This document shows positions 46,106 to 59,080 of a DNA stretch of 64,000 nucleotides, piece after piece. The DNA lies in the NCBI GenBank assembly GCA_032718475.1, contig JAUCBJ010008410.1, positions 1,112 to 65,111 of the forward strand, given 5' to 3'. Position numbers and translations under genes: made by a program. Source of the DNA: Nemertoderma westbladi (taxonomy: Eukaryota; Animalia; Xenacoelomorpha). The notes under the pieces were generated by a model, which worked only from the letters and a program-made list of their open reading frames with translations, had not been told where the DNA came from and searched no databases. Each line of letters opens with the position of its first letter. The first letter of the stretch is position 1.

Positions 46106-46447
46106 AAGTTTCTAGAAAGAGGCCCAAAATGAGTTTAAAAGTAAATGAGTATAAAAGACAAGGGATTTAATTTATCTACAGTTGAATTCTATGTGTTACC
46201 AAAACCTCCTGGGACATATGACTCGTCATCACGTTTACCATGATACTTATTTATAATGGTACTATGTTTGTCTTCAATCGAACGTTTGAGTCGAAACACG
46301 TCTTTTCGATAACTAAGACGATTGGCTTGTGAGTCTTCATCAACCTCACCATACAGATGGGAAATCACAGCATTCCTGGCAAATGATCCTTCGTTGTAGG
46401 CAAGCACAGCTGATGCGGCAGCCAAGGATACTCTGGTGCGTAAAAAC

Positions 46448-47128
46448 TGTGACGGGATCTAGGAGTTGTTTTCTAAACCCCGACCGGTGTGTTGTTTGGT
46501 ACTATACGCGTCGGCGCGTCCGTAGGCTGCTGAAAGGCTGTAGTCTGAATGTTAAGGCCGAAGGCCGTTTGAATAACTGAGTTTTTAGTGCCAGTTGTTG
46601 TAATGTCAGAACGTAATAATACATTTATTATAGGAAGGGATATAGGGGTCTAATACTAAACGTCTAAACGTAATAATAGCACAGTCAGAATATAATAGCA
46701 CGGTAATGACGACGGTTAAAAACCGTTCCGGTCTCACAACTCTACAGATACCAACTGAATCATAGTCCACAAGTACAGTACAACGGTTATATTGTTAATA
46801 CATATTAGTTACTCCTACTGTACTGAGCGGCCTGGCCAATAGATGCGTTCCAATCACCTGTTTTCCCCTCCCATCATTGGCTAACCTAGTTAATTTCCAT
46901 CTCGCCACTCACTCCCTGCTGCCACTATCCCCACGGCTAGCCCTGCTAGCCCCTTTGTCCCTCTGAGATGGTTTATGACCTCTCAACCTTGTGGCTGGCG
47001 ATGTGTATCGCCTAAGTTGGTTATTAAGTGACATTATTATTGGTAATGTCACCTTCCCAACTATAATTGGTAAAATGCCACTTTGCCCATTTTCCGCTGG
47101 GTAGTGCAGGGAATTGAATCCGCTTACA
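46448..47128. mobile_element. Solo LTR inserted in the Kolobok transposase
   Basis: TGT...ACA termini; 5-bp TSD AAAAC (46443-46447, 47129-47133). Removal rejoins PKHKF to RVSLAAASAV. Confidence 0.85.
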
Positions 47129-47714
47129 AAAACTTGTGTTTTGGAACCCTCAACCAAACCAAGCTGAAGCTTTCGTTCATGTTTTGGGTGTATCCCAAAA
47201 CACAACGTCAGAGTAAATTTTAGGTCCGACAAACATTGATATATTGGCAGTAACAAAAGTAGGAATACAGGGTCCAAGTGGTGGTCTTTAACAGCATTGA
47301 CTCCAGTCTTCTGATAATCACACCAACTATCTGCGCCTGTAAGGCAATACATATATATGCCTTTGCCCAGGAGTGCCATGGATAACCCCATGCCTGAAAG
47401 AAGCCAGTATGTTACGTTTCATATTATTTACACAGGCAGTGATTTCACATTCGGTATTAGCTGAACGGTTGATGGATACCTTTATGGCATGTCCATAGTA
47501 GCGACTAAGATGATCTACAACAGCCACAGTAAGTCGGTGTTTAGCTCCACCAACGAATTTGCCATCTGGTAGTTTACCCTTTTAACCATTTTTGAAATCG
47601 CGAAGGGCCTTTCCCAATATTTTTTTTACATGATTGACACAATCAATCTTCCGAACACGATTACATTCAAATTTAACTTCATGTTTCTTATTTGATTCAC
47701 CAATCACGTTCTAA

Positions 47715-48030
47715 CCCATTTTATCACTGACTTTCTCACTCGTTTCAAAATCATTCTCACTCGTTTTATCATTCAGTTTCACATTCATTTCATCACTCAG
47801 ATTCTCATTCATTTCATCAGTGACTTTCTCACTAGTTTCAAAATCATTCTCACTCGTTTTATCATTCGGTTTCACATTCATTTCATCACTCAGATTCTCA
47901 TTCATTTCATCAGTGACTTTCTCACTAGTTTCAAAATCATTCTCACTCGTTTTATCATTCAGTTTCACATTCATTTCATCACTCAGATTCTCACTCATTT
48001 CATCACTCACTTTCTCACTAGTTTCACCAC
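47715..48030 (-). repeat. 93-bp (31-aa) coding tandem repeat, ~3.3 copies, within the Kolobok transposase
   Basis: ETSEKVxDEMxENLSDEMNVKxNDKTSENDF repeats. Confidence 0.9.
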
Positions 48031-51000
48031 TTTCTTTCTCATTTATACAATCTATTTTACATCCGTGTTTCTCGTGTAACCGCCACAGTTTACATCCTTC
48101 TGCACTTTCAATATATTCCAGCTTATCCTTGTTCGACATCGCACTATAATCTTACATCCTTGACAACTACCATATGCATTGGCAATGGCATTATATGCAG
48201 TACTGTCACCATCACATATCATGCTTGAATATATAAGGCCATTGTTCACATTGCCGATCTGACTTTTCGATTTATTGAATAATTCCATACAGATATATGT
48301 TTCCATTGACCCGCTAGAACCTGAATAGTTACCTGGGCATTGTGGCAAATGATGTTCCATAAAGTCTTTGTATTCCTTAGAATCTTTCTTATACCTAGTA
48401 AACGCACAGGTCGTACATAATTTATTCCGAGTTCCGAAGTCCAGGACCTTACCAGTTTTCATTGATATTATCACACCAACACCGCTGTTGGCGGAATTGT
48501 CTCCTTGTTCCCAAAGTTCCGTCATAACACACAGTTACCTAAAAAGTTATAGATATAAATATTTGAATAATAAGTTGTAATTTGATATTTAAATTTTATT
48601 TAACATTATATATTTCATTATCATAATAAATATTCTACCTAGCTATAATCCAAAATAATTTTATTACTAACTGAATAAATATAAATTACTTACCTTCTGA
48701 CCTTCAGTTTCCTTTAGAAACTTTTGGGACTCCATCATTGACTCTTCAGCCATCCTTCTTAATAAGTTCATCAATTTTATTTCTATTTCCACTTTCACAT
48801 AAGCTGTAGATGATTCTTCCATTCAAATCTGCTGCGTTTTTTGTTGATAATTAGAACTGCTAGAGAATCTCGAACCGGTATCGCCGCCAGCGCACTGTAG
48901 TATTTCGGAATAAGTACACTACACTGAAAATACATAACAGAATCTATTCCTTTCGTTAGATGGTTCAATGGCTCAGAGCTAATAATTCCCAGGCACCCTC
49001 CACTATTATGGGCAGACTTAATAATGTTTATTATGTTATTCACATTTATTATACGATAACCACAGGAAAGGTTTGATTGTTCTATGGGAACTTGAACATC
49101 AAGTTTCTCTTCCGATCGGGAAGGCATAAGCTGATTGAACTGTTCTTCTATGCATTTTCGGAATCTTGGAGGAGTTCATAAAGTTCAGTTGTTGGAACTC
49201 GTACTAAACTCCGACTGAACTGGATCCTTCCGTGGTAAAACTTCGCGTGTTGTGCACGTTTTCCAATACGTGGCATTGTTATTTAAAACAACACTACAAC
49301 TACGCTAAAATTGAATATTTATTTACCAGAAGCAACATCACTACAACCTGCACACCAGTATGTCAAAGAAAATGAAACACAATAGCAGAATTACCGGTAC
49401 CAGTCTGCCAGTACATCAAACATAAGGAAACACAATAGCAGAATTACCGGTACCAGTCTGCCCGTACATCAAACAGAATGATACAATAATTAGACTACTG
49501 CCTAGACCTATATAAATATTGGAATACTTAAAAGCATCTTATTTACAATGACGCATCCACAGAATATTAATGTCGCAAATGATGAAAACGATCACAGTAT
49601 TATTGCTAGTATTATTTCATCAACCGATGACCCTGAAATAAAGAATTGTTTAAGCTGCTGGTCCCAGGAGGAGACAGGAACTGCAATCACCAAAAAACTT
49701 AACAAATGTCCAACCAGCCAACTTCGCAAGACAGCCCTTTACATGGGATGTGAAAGGGCGAATGACAACCTCTATAAGGCGCAATTATTAGTTGAGGTTG
49801 TTAAATCAATTGAACGTTTCCTACCTGAGGAATGCGCGAACTGTGGGGCTGACTACTCATGCGAGTTCGGAGAGAAAACCGCTATTCAATGTTTTATTTG
49901 TCAACAAGGTGTTCACAGTGGTTGTGTCACTGATCCAACGCAAACAGAAGAATATAAAGCACTAACGTCGGCCCGCGGATTTGTCTGGGTATGCCTCTAT
50001 TGCCAACAACGGTCCATAGCTGGCAAAGCAATTATTCGCGATAAAGAAGGCAAATCCATTGCCGGTATTCGTAAGTGTCAAATTCTAGGCGCAGTGGCTA
50101 CGACTGATGGAGTACCGGTACCGTTGTCGGAACAAATGAGGGTTAAGGAACTGCAAACAAGAAGTCCAACAGTCAATGGGCCAAGTCAGTTCGAGAGTGA
50201 TAACTGCATTCTCACCATTACAAACACCGCTACTGGTAGAGACAACACTGATAGTGTTGTACAACAAATTCACCGTCAGTTCCAGTATATGGATTCGACC
50301 AACCAAACTCAAGTTAGTCGACTACAAAACCGCTTTGATATACTGGACAATGAAGATGATGATGTTGTCGATTTAGGTTCTGTACATTATGAAACAGAGG
50401 ATGAATGGGTAAATCCCAACAGTACTGTTGGTAGAGAGACGTCACCGGTATCACACAACCACAATAAATCGGAACCTCATTCTACAAACAGCAGCAATGA
50501 AAATAGACCTGTCTGTTGGTTCTTTCACAATGGGAACTGCCAGTTTGGCCGATCGGGATGAGGCTGTTCATATCGACATCCAAAACTTTGTCTTAAATTC
50601 TTAAACAAAGGAAAATCAAGCCAAGGTGGCTGCACTAAGGGGACGTCCTGTAGGTACTTTCACCCCACACTGTGCCGCAATTCTGTCAACGAAAAACAAT
50701 GCCTTAATGGCAAATGTAACTTCTACCATATCCGTGGCACTCAACGTGCCAAGAGGCTGCAGGAAAATCGCGTGGAAGACAGATATAATATCAGGGAACA
50801 AAGTGTTGGGCTACAAGGGAATAACATAGTCTCCCGGAGCTACACCAAGTCGAACCTCCCTCCTCATAGAGAAATCGACCAACCAAACACCAATTGTCAA
50901 ATCCAGCAGCGTAACGTGGAATGCTATCGCTATGGTGAAGCTCAGACTTTGCAGACCACGGATCAGAGTTCTTTTTTAGAGAACGCCATGGCGGAAATGC

Positions 51001-51792
51001 AGAACTCGTTTACTATGCAAATGTCTCAGATGCAGGATCAAATATTGGGTATGCAGCGCCAGTTCTCTCACCAACTTCAGCAGTTGGTGCAGCTACAGTC
51101 CCAGGCAGCTGCATCCCCACCTCAAACCCAAACACAATACTATACTCAGCAACCGAGTGTCCAGAACAAACAACAAATGCAAGGTTTTGCCCAGTCGGGC
51201 CAGGTTCATATAGTACCGGTATCCAACCCAACCCAAATTATGGTGTAAACCATGGCTCTTACAGTTATGTAAATAATTTTGAGGATACCATTTTTCATAG
51301 AGGAATGAGTGCCAATAATAATTTTCGCACTCATATTAATAACTTTGAATTGAATAAAACTAAAGCCAAAATGCAAAACGCTGTTGGTTCTTCCCCTAAG
51401 GAAAATATAAATGCAAATTTTACCAATTTACATAATATTAAGAGCCAGGGCTATACAAATAGTTTCAATTGTGCTCCAAGTAATACTAATCTTACTACCG
51501 GTTCTACAAACACTAATATTAGTAGTAGTAATACTCATACTACTACTAATAGTAGTAACCAAAAATGGCTCAGTGATGGCAATTTTTCTAGCTACATGAA
51601 TTGTTATCAAAATAATATTAATCAACATTTTATTGTACTAAATATCCAAGGGCTACATTTTCAAGGCCAGCCATCTAAAGTACCACATATTCAGGACTTG
51701 GCTAGTTCTTCTCCCCAATTTATTGCCCTACCCGAAACCCATTTAAATAGTAAGTTTTTGGATGCTGAATTAAAAGTACCAGGCTATACCTT

Positions 51793-52365
51793 TGTAACGG
51801 GATCGAGGGATCCCGACCGGGTCTAGTAAGTACTCGTCACAGCAGGCTGATATGTCGATGAAATATAAAAGGTTTGAGTTCGGTGTTCAACTGGTAGACT
51901 GATAATATAATATGAACTATTGATAGCATACAGGCATAGGAGCAATAACCAGAAATAATATGTAGGCCTATAGCAGCACCGCAATGACAGTCGAACTATG
52001 TCGCCAGTCCACGGTAAACTGGTGACTACTGAGTAAACTGACTGGTAGTGGGGCATGCAACATGATATATAGGTTACTGCACTTGTGGCCTTGTTACTCA
52101 GTCGATGCTTGCCCCCCATTGGCCAATAACCTAATTCTCGCCCTCCTATCTCTCTGGGGGTGTTCTCCCCTTGCTACTGTCATTCTCTCTCTCGGAGGTA
52201 TCTTGACCTCTAACCTCTATTGTGCGAGGCCCTTTGGGGTTTGTCGTCCCCGTTTATTGGGGTGATACGAGGTTGATTGGCAATCAACCTCGTGCTTCCC
52301 AATATTGCTTAAGGGTCTCGCTGGCCCAACTTTGTGGGGTGGTTAGCGGAATTGATTCGCTAACA
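51793..52365. mobile_element. Solo LTR inserted in the LINE endonuclease
   Basis: TGT...ACA termini; TSD ACCTT (51788-51792, 52366-52370). Removal restores PGYTLVRADR. Termini resemble those of 46448-47128. Confidence 0.88.
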
Positions 52366-53192
52366 ACCTTAGTTAGGGCTGACAGGGATTCTAGAGCCAA
52401 AGGAGGTGCCGGTATATATATAAATGATAATATTGTTTTCACAATAATCGAAAAATACTCAAATACTGTGTGAATTCTTGGCTGTTCATTTTCAGTGTAG
52501 TGATGTGATACCCTAGTATTTGTAGTATATCGGCCTCCTTCCTATGAAATAAAATTATTTAAGGAGTGTTTAAATAGGGTTGAAAATATTATTGAATGCG
52601 AAAATTTCAATAATAGTAGACTCCTAATCTCTGGGGACTTTAATTTTCCCAACATTTCTTGGGGCAGGGACACTTTTTCATCTCACTCTCCAATAGCCTC
52701 TATAAATTATCAGGGCAATGCATTGCTTGGATTAATGTGACGCTGGTTTATGACCCAGGTCGTTGACAAACCAACCCGCTTGAACAGTACCATCGATCTA
52801 CTTATTACCAACGATTTAGACTACATAGACAAAGTAAATGTATATGGTACCAATTATTCAGACCACAATGTTGTACAAATTTTGACGAGTAAAATAGAAG
52901 CAAACACACAACAAAATATAGAACGCAATAACGTACCGGTGCAAGGTTTTAAGAACCTGAACTTTATTTCTGAAAAAACTGATTGGGTATCCGTGAAATC
53001 AGAAATTAAAGAAACAGATTGGTCAGAATTATTTCGAGATAAAACGTTGGACCAAAAAGTTGAAATTTTGTTACAAAATTTAGAATCTATTTGCGAAAGT
53101 AACGTCCCACCGAGAAAACCAAATTCAAAAGCAAAAATTCCCTTAGAGAGACGGTCATTATTTAAAAAACAAACAAAGTTGTTGAAAAGAAT

Positions 53193-56100
53193 GCACTGTA
53201 CTGATTACTGCTTACTGACTGCCAGACTGCTCGGCGCCAATATCCCGGAAGTACTCACACAATGTCAAACGATCGTGCCCGTGACGATAATAGTGGTGCT
53301 TGCGATATGGTTCTACCGGAAACGCAACCACAAGACCTTTACTCCTGGCCAATTACAAACCTCAAGACAGAATTAGGGCGTCTAAATCTAAAAACTTGTG
53401 GATCAAAGACAGATCTGATAAAGAGATTGCAGAATACTAGAAGAAACTCGAACCCAAATGTAATAGGAATACCTGGCGAACCGAACACAAGTAGTGGCCC
53501 CCCCTCTACCGAAAGACCATTACTTTCCTGCCCCACATTATCAGAGAAAATCCTAACTGTCGATTTGGATATGAATGACGAGTATATCGATCGTATTGGT
53601 AACACCAGTAGTATTTTAGATGATACCGTATCCTGGGATCGCAGCCGCTTGTTCCCAGCACCATCGAGTGGAAACCTATCCGTTCAATCGGGTGAATTTC
53701 GAGATATAATAACACGACTGACCTCCTTAGAGGATGAAGTACACGTACTTCGTTTACAACAAAAAAAACGATAAAACCCGAATATACAAACTCGAACAAA
53801 TTGTGGTAGATCTCAAAAAGCAACGCCTCTCTGAACAAGAATCTAAACACGATACGCAAAATAATTGTGATGACGAGGATGAAATTGTTTCAGTTGAAGT
53901 TGAGAATATCGGTGGAGAAGATAGATCAGCTACCACTACCAGTAACGCTAAAGTACAGGAAACTCTAATCAAGGTACCAATAATGGGTGAAAATATCGAA
54001 ACAGGACCCAATATAGACGAGCCACCACAATCGCCACCATACCAGGTCAAAACAACCGGAGATGAATCAATTCCTTGTCTTCTTTTTATGGATAGCAATC
54101 GAAAATATATATATCCCCGGAAGATACGTCGAGATGCAAAGATGGTTCCTTGTAGTACAGCAGAGGAGTTTGAATCTAAGGTAACCCGATTAATTACAAT
54201 ACATAAGAATATAGACAACGTATTTGTACTTACAGGAACAAACGATTTAGACAAATCATCTGCACGATCTGTGAGTAAAAACTTACAGGCTGGTGTAAAA
54301 GTGATAAATAAAGCGTGGCCATCATGTTGTATATCAATTTCCGCTATACTGTGTCGAAAGGATAAGGAAATTTATTACGCTAACCAATTGATCGAGGACA
54401 TGTGTAGGGACAACGACTGTAAGTTTATAAAACATTCTAATATAACGCATAGAAATCTGTATGATGATAAACACATCCATCATAAAGATATTGGATTATT
54501 GGTGAGAAACATAATTAATATCGTGAGACCTGTATCAGCAACCATTGCGGGACCTGGGCAACGTCCGGGCTACGGCCAACCTGGGCCTTGGAAACGGCCG
54601 CAATACGGTCTGTCGGGGCCCTGGCAACGCCCGAACTACGGCCAATCGGGGCCCTGGCAACGCCCACCTACAACACGTCCGCCAGTATCAGCTCCAGCTC
54701 CAAACTCTGAACCTACTGCGTCAGGATACTCTCCTCATCAACCAGCGGCTACCTCTCCCGCAATGAAGCGTGTGATACAGAACCATGACTATAATACCGG
54801 CATCGGCATGGTTCCACCGCGCTATTGGGAAGGTTTCCACGAATCGTTCCATACTGCTCCCTCGTCTAGTAGTACCTACAAACATCCGGGTAACGTGAAT
54901 ACACCCTCCAGAGGCGTGATAGGCGCCCTTATCAGTTTTCTGAACGCGATAGATACTTAACTATGCCAACGCCATCCCCATATGGATCTATCAAATTTTA
55001 TCAAATTTTATTGTTTCTGAAACATATTGACTTTTAATGCACGTTCACATTGTATTCGTTTTTATCACACTTAAATTACTACTAGTACGTCAGATAATAC
55101 GTGTCTGCACTTTAGTATTATATTTGTTGATATTATTGAAATTAACCACTTTATTATTCATATCGTATATATCAATGCCATATATCTTGGTGTTGATAAA
55201 TATGGTACAAAAAGCTGAAAAATGCTATGAAAATACAGTTTTAAATAGGCCGAATATATTTAGGCTTAATATCCGAAATTTTAAACTTAATATTAAACTA
55301 AAACATATAAAAAACTTATCATATTTTTTAATGTATTTTTTTGTGACTATATATTTTATTAATTTCCCGATAGCACATACATTTTCGCGATGGTACATCG
55401 CAGGTTTATACAACATAGTTTCCCTATTACTTATTCTGCTTTACAAAAATTTATTTCGCAAGAGATACTGGGTTATGTTTTTTTTATATATCTTCATTAC
55501 ACCAGCTGGCAACAATAATTATGAAAGCTACACACCAATTAATGACATACGGACAACTAAAATTAGTATTAAAAATTTGGCTTCTGCTACACAAAATTGT
55601 TATAAACTTCTTTATATAATTTCTTTTGTTAATTTCAAAATATTTAAGCTATTTACTCATTTTCTCTTAACTGGGGTTTTATGATAATAATTATTATTAA
55701 ACTTCTGTTACAAAAATCTGGGGATATCCATCCTAATCCGGGGCCTAATTCCGGCACCAATAAACGTAGAGTGACAAGGTCTAGTAAATCAAAAAAGAAA
55801 GATAATACAGATCACAAAATTAATAAGCATCTACAAAATAGCGAATCAATATTAGATATAAAAAATATGCTTATAAATACAGCCGATGACTTAACAATAA
55901 TACATATTAATGCAAGAAGTTTAGTCAAACATGGAGACGAGTTGAAGGACATCCTGCTTGGGTCGAGAAACACCATCGTTTCTGTAACTGAAACTTGGTT
56001 GAAACGCCACCACCCTTCTCAAATAATACGTATACCTGGTTTTGATATTTATAGACATGATAGGAAAAAGAAAAAAGGCGGGGGCATTTTAATGTACATA

Positions 56101-59080
56101 CCAGATACGTATAAATTCAAACAGCGCCCTGACATTCGAGACAATTCGAAATTAGAGACATTATGGGTACAAATAGACAACATATTAATATGTACTGTAT
56201 ATAAACCACCAAATTTTAATAGCCATGATTTCATAAATGAAATAGAAACAGAGCTAGAAAATGAACTTTTATTAGAACCACATTCGAAAATATTAATTCA
56301 GGGGGATTGTAATATAAATATATTAAAGGACACACCCATAAATAAGTTGTTCACCAATATGCTAGTTGAAAATGATATACATATATTAAACAAAACAAAA
56401 CCGACCCGATACACTAAAAGATCACGCACATTAATTGACATTGCGGCTACTAATTTAAATTCAAACTTAATAAAATATCATGAAGTGTATAACTGTGACT
56501 TTTCCGATCACGAGTTTATAGCTACAATTATTTCAAAAGAAGCAATTAAATTAGAACCGAAAGCGGTAGATAAAGAATATATTCAGTATCGTGATTTTTC
56601 AAAATTTAACGAACAGCTATTTATAAATCTATTAATGGAAATTGACTGGTTTCCAATTTATACTATGGTAGACATCGAACATCAAATGACTTACTTTGAA
56701 CAAAGTATTGCATTTCATCTAAACAATGTGGCACCGCTTAAATACAAATTACACTCAACACAAAGAAAATTATTACAAAACTGCAAATGGTCAAACGAGT
56801 TGTTAGAAGTTCTTCGTAAAGAAAAATATATCTTATTTGCTAAATGGCGGGAAACTAACTTCGAAAACGATTTCAAGTTATTTAAAAAAGCCAGAAACAA
56901 GTTTAACAATCTAAATTAAAAATTAAAAAACCAATATGTCAATAACACATATGCAACATGCACTACAAGTAAGGGGCGGTGGAAAGTAATAAATCAAATA
57001 CTAAATAAATCAACTGAAAGAAATAATATATCAGAAATCAAATACAAGGGAATATTTTATACAGATCCAACAGAAATTGCGCAGGTATTTAATGAAGTCT
57101 ACATAGATATAGGGGATTTTACAAAGGTAAACAACATATTTAGTGAAATCCAAAACCATCAAAAACCAATGCAATCATCGCCAAACAATGGGCCCTCCTT
57201 TAGTTTCAATACTGTTACATCACTACAAATGTATGAAATAATTAATAAGCTAAATGTCTCAAAGTCATCTGGACCTTCTGATATTCCAATTAAAATATTC
57301 AAATTAATGTCACCACACATATGTGAACCCCTCACAGCTATCTTTAATAATTGTATAACACAATCAAAATTTCCTAGCTCATTAAAAATATCACAAATAA
57401 CACCAATATATAAAAAGGAGAACCATCTAGATCCAGCCAACTACAGACCTATAGCAGTTACTCAACCAATAGCAAAAATATTCGAACGTCATTTAGTTAA
57501 TCAAATTAATACATATTTGTATCAAAATAACCTACTAAATCCATACCAGTTCGGCTTTCGAAAGAAATATTCTACAGTAGACGCCATTACGTACGCTACG
57601 GAGCAGTGGAGAGCTGAACTCAACCAAGGTAAGTATGTTGCCGTGGCGTTCCTCGACCTCAGCAAGGCCTTTAACTCTCTCAGACACGATACTTTACTAA
57701 AAGAGCTCGATTCATTAGGATTTAATTCAACGGCTTTAAAATTAATTAAAAATTACCTCTCAGACCGCAAACAGAAAGTTAAAATCGGAAACATTTCTTC
57801 GACATATTTGAACCGAAAAAAGGGGTGTCCCTCAAGGTACCCTAATGGGGCCTTTAATGTACACACTCTATACTAACACTATGCCATCTCTAGTAACTAA
57901 AAATACGTCCATGGTATAATACGCTGACGACACAGCCATATATATATCATAAAGATCCGGTCTACTTAGCAAGCGAATTAAAAAACATCATACATAATAT
58001 TTCAAACATTTTCCAGGCATACAGTCTTCAAGTTAATCCAGATAAAACAGAACTTTTACTTCTACATCCACATAAAAATATAGACAATAATATTCCAAAA
58101 ATAAAAATTAAATTAAACAAAGAATGTATAATAGAACAATCGACTAGCGTACGATATTTAGGTATAAAAATAGACAATAAACTAGAATGGAAAGAGCAGA
58201 TTGATTCAGTTATTAGTAAAATGGGTATGGCAATTTCGGGTCTAAGAAAAATTAAAGGGCAATTACCACTAAAAACGAAAATTACTTTATATAAAGCATT
58301 GGTTTTACCATACCATAATTATTGTTGCCAGCTGCTGTTATCTTTACACAACGAATATGGACACAAAAAATACTGTACCGTTTGGAAAAAATGCAGAACT
58401 TAGCACTACGTTGCATATTTAGCAAAAAACCAAAAGATTGTTCTGCTACCGAACTTCGCACAAAAGCTAAAATTCCAACTCTTTATGCATCTCGCGAATA
58501 CTACGGCATCACCTTTTTACACAAATATTTACTAGGAATAGCAGAACCATTCAAACATCTCGACCTACCATTCTTAAAAAATGAAAACAAACAAATAAAC
58601 CCACGAACATTTAAAATTAAAATGCCAAAAACTAAAAATTATTACGGTCATACATCATTAACATATAAATTAATACAAATGTGGAATGAACTACCACAGG
58701 CAGTAACTTCCCAATACCAACACTTGAAAGAATTTAATGCAACCCTAAAAAAAACATTACCTAACTCAGTACCACCGGGATGATACAACATAACGCAAAA
58801 AACAATTACCTTTTTTTCATAGCATCTCGTAAATTGTGTACACTCAGTGATTCATATATTATAATATAATTTGTGCAATATCTAGCTAGGGTTGTAGTAA
58901 TTCATTAGGGATTAGAGTAAGTTTATATACATACTGTAGAACCCAACATTAAATGTCTGGGCGGGCCAGTCTGACGTATATTCATTATTACCAGTTACCT
59001 TGTGTAACTGCCTGTTTTTGTGCATTTATTGCTAATGATTACACAATGCAGTTTGAATATGAAAGAAAGAAAGAAAAGTA
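53193..59080 (+). mobile_element. Near full-length nested LINE (CR1/L2/Crack group), frameshifted
   Basis: TSD AAAAGAAT (53185-53192, 59081-59088); (GAAA)n tail. ORF1 has SAP-like (LKTELGRLNLKTCGSKTDLIKRL), coiled-coil and SGNH-like (MDSN, TGTND, DDKH) domains. ORF2 is APE-RT. Confidence 0.9.
55681..56919 (+). CDS. LINE ORF2 N-terminus: 2A-like peptide plus APE endonuclease (premature stop)
   Basis: KLLLQKSGDIHPNPGP; HINARSL, VTETWL, GGG, YKPP, GDCN, PTR, SDH. Confidence 0.85.
   Translation: MIIIIIKLLLQKSGDIHPNPGPNSGTNKRRVTRSSKSKKKDNTDHKINKHLQNSESILDIKNMLINTADDLTIIHINARSLVKHGDELKDILLGSRNTIVSVTETWLKRHHPSQIIRIPGFDIYRHDRKKKKGGGILMYIPDTYKFKQRPDIRDNSKLETLWVQIDNILICTVYKPPNFNSHDFINEIETELENELLLEPHSKILIQGDCNINILKDTPINKLFTNMLVENDIHILNKTKPTRYTKRSRTLIDIAATNLNSNLIKYHEVYNCDFSDHEFIATIISKEAIKLEPKAVDKEYIQYRDFSKFNEQLFINLLMEIDWFPIYTMVDIEHQMTYFEQSIAFHLNNVAPLKYKLHSTQRKLLQNCKWSNELLEVLRKEKYILFAKWRETNFENDFKLFKKARNKFNNLN

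Larger units (their letters stand above)
45069..49280 (-). mobile_element. Kolobok-like DNA transposon with degraded, intron-containing DDE transposase
   Basis: TTAA followed by a G-run terminus at 45065-45090. Motifs YDGT, GVGVIISMKTGKVLD..NKLC..C, GSSGSME, ICDGDS, KIDCVNHV, SWC.YQ, AVLAYNEG. GT-AG intron at 48539-48693. Other end not identified. Confidence 0.75.

Noticed and set aside
47820-48149. Ser/Phe-rich plus-strand membrane protein
   Set aside because: Antisense shadow of the 93-bp coding repeat.
49548-51248. Host PHD/CCCH zinc-finger gene
   Set aside because: Intronless, directly upstream of APE-RT and locally repeated: it is LINE ORF1.
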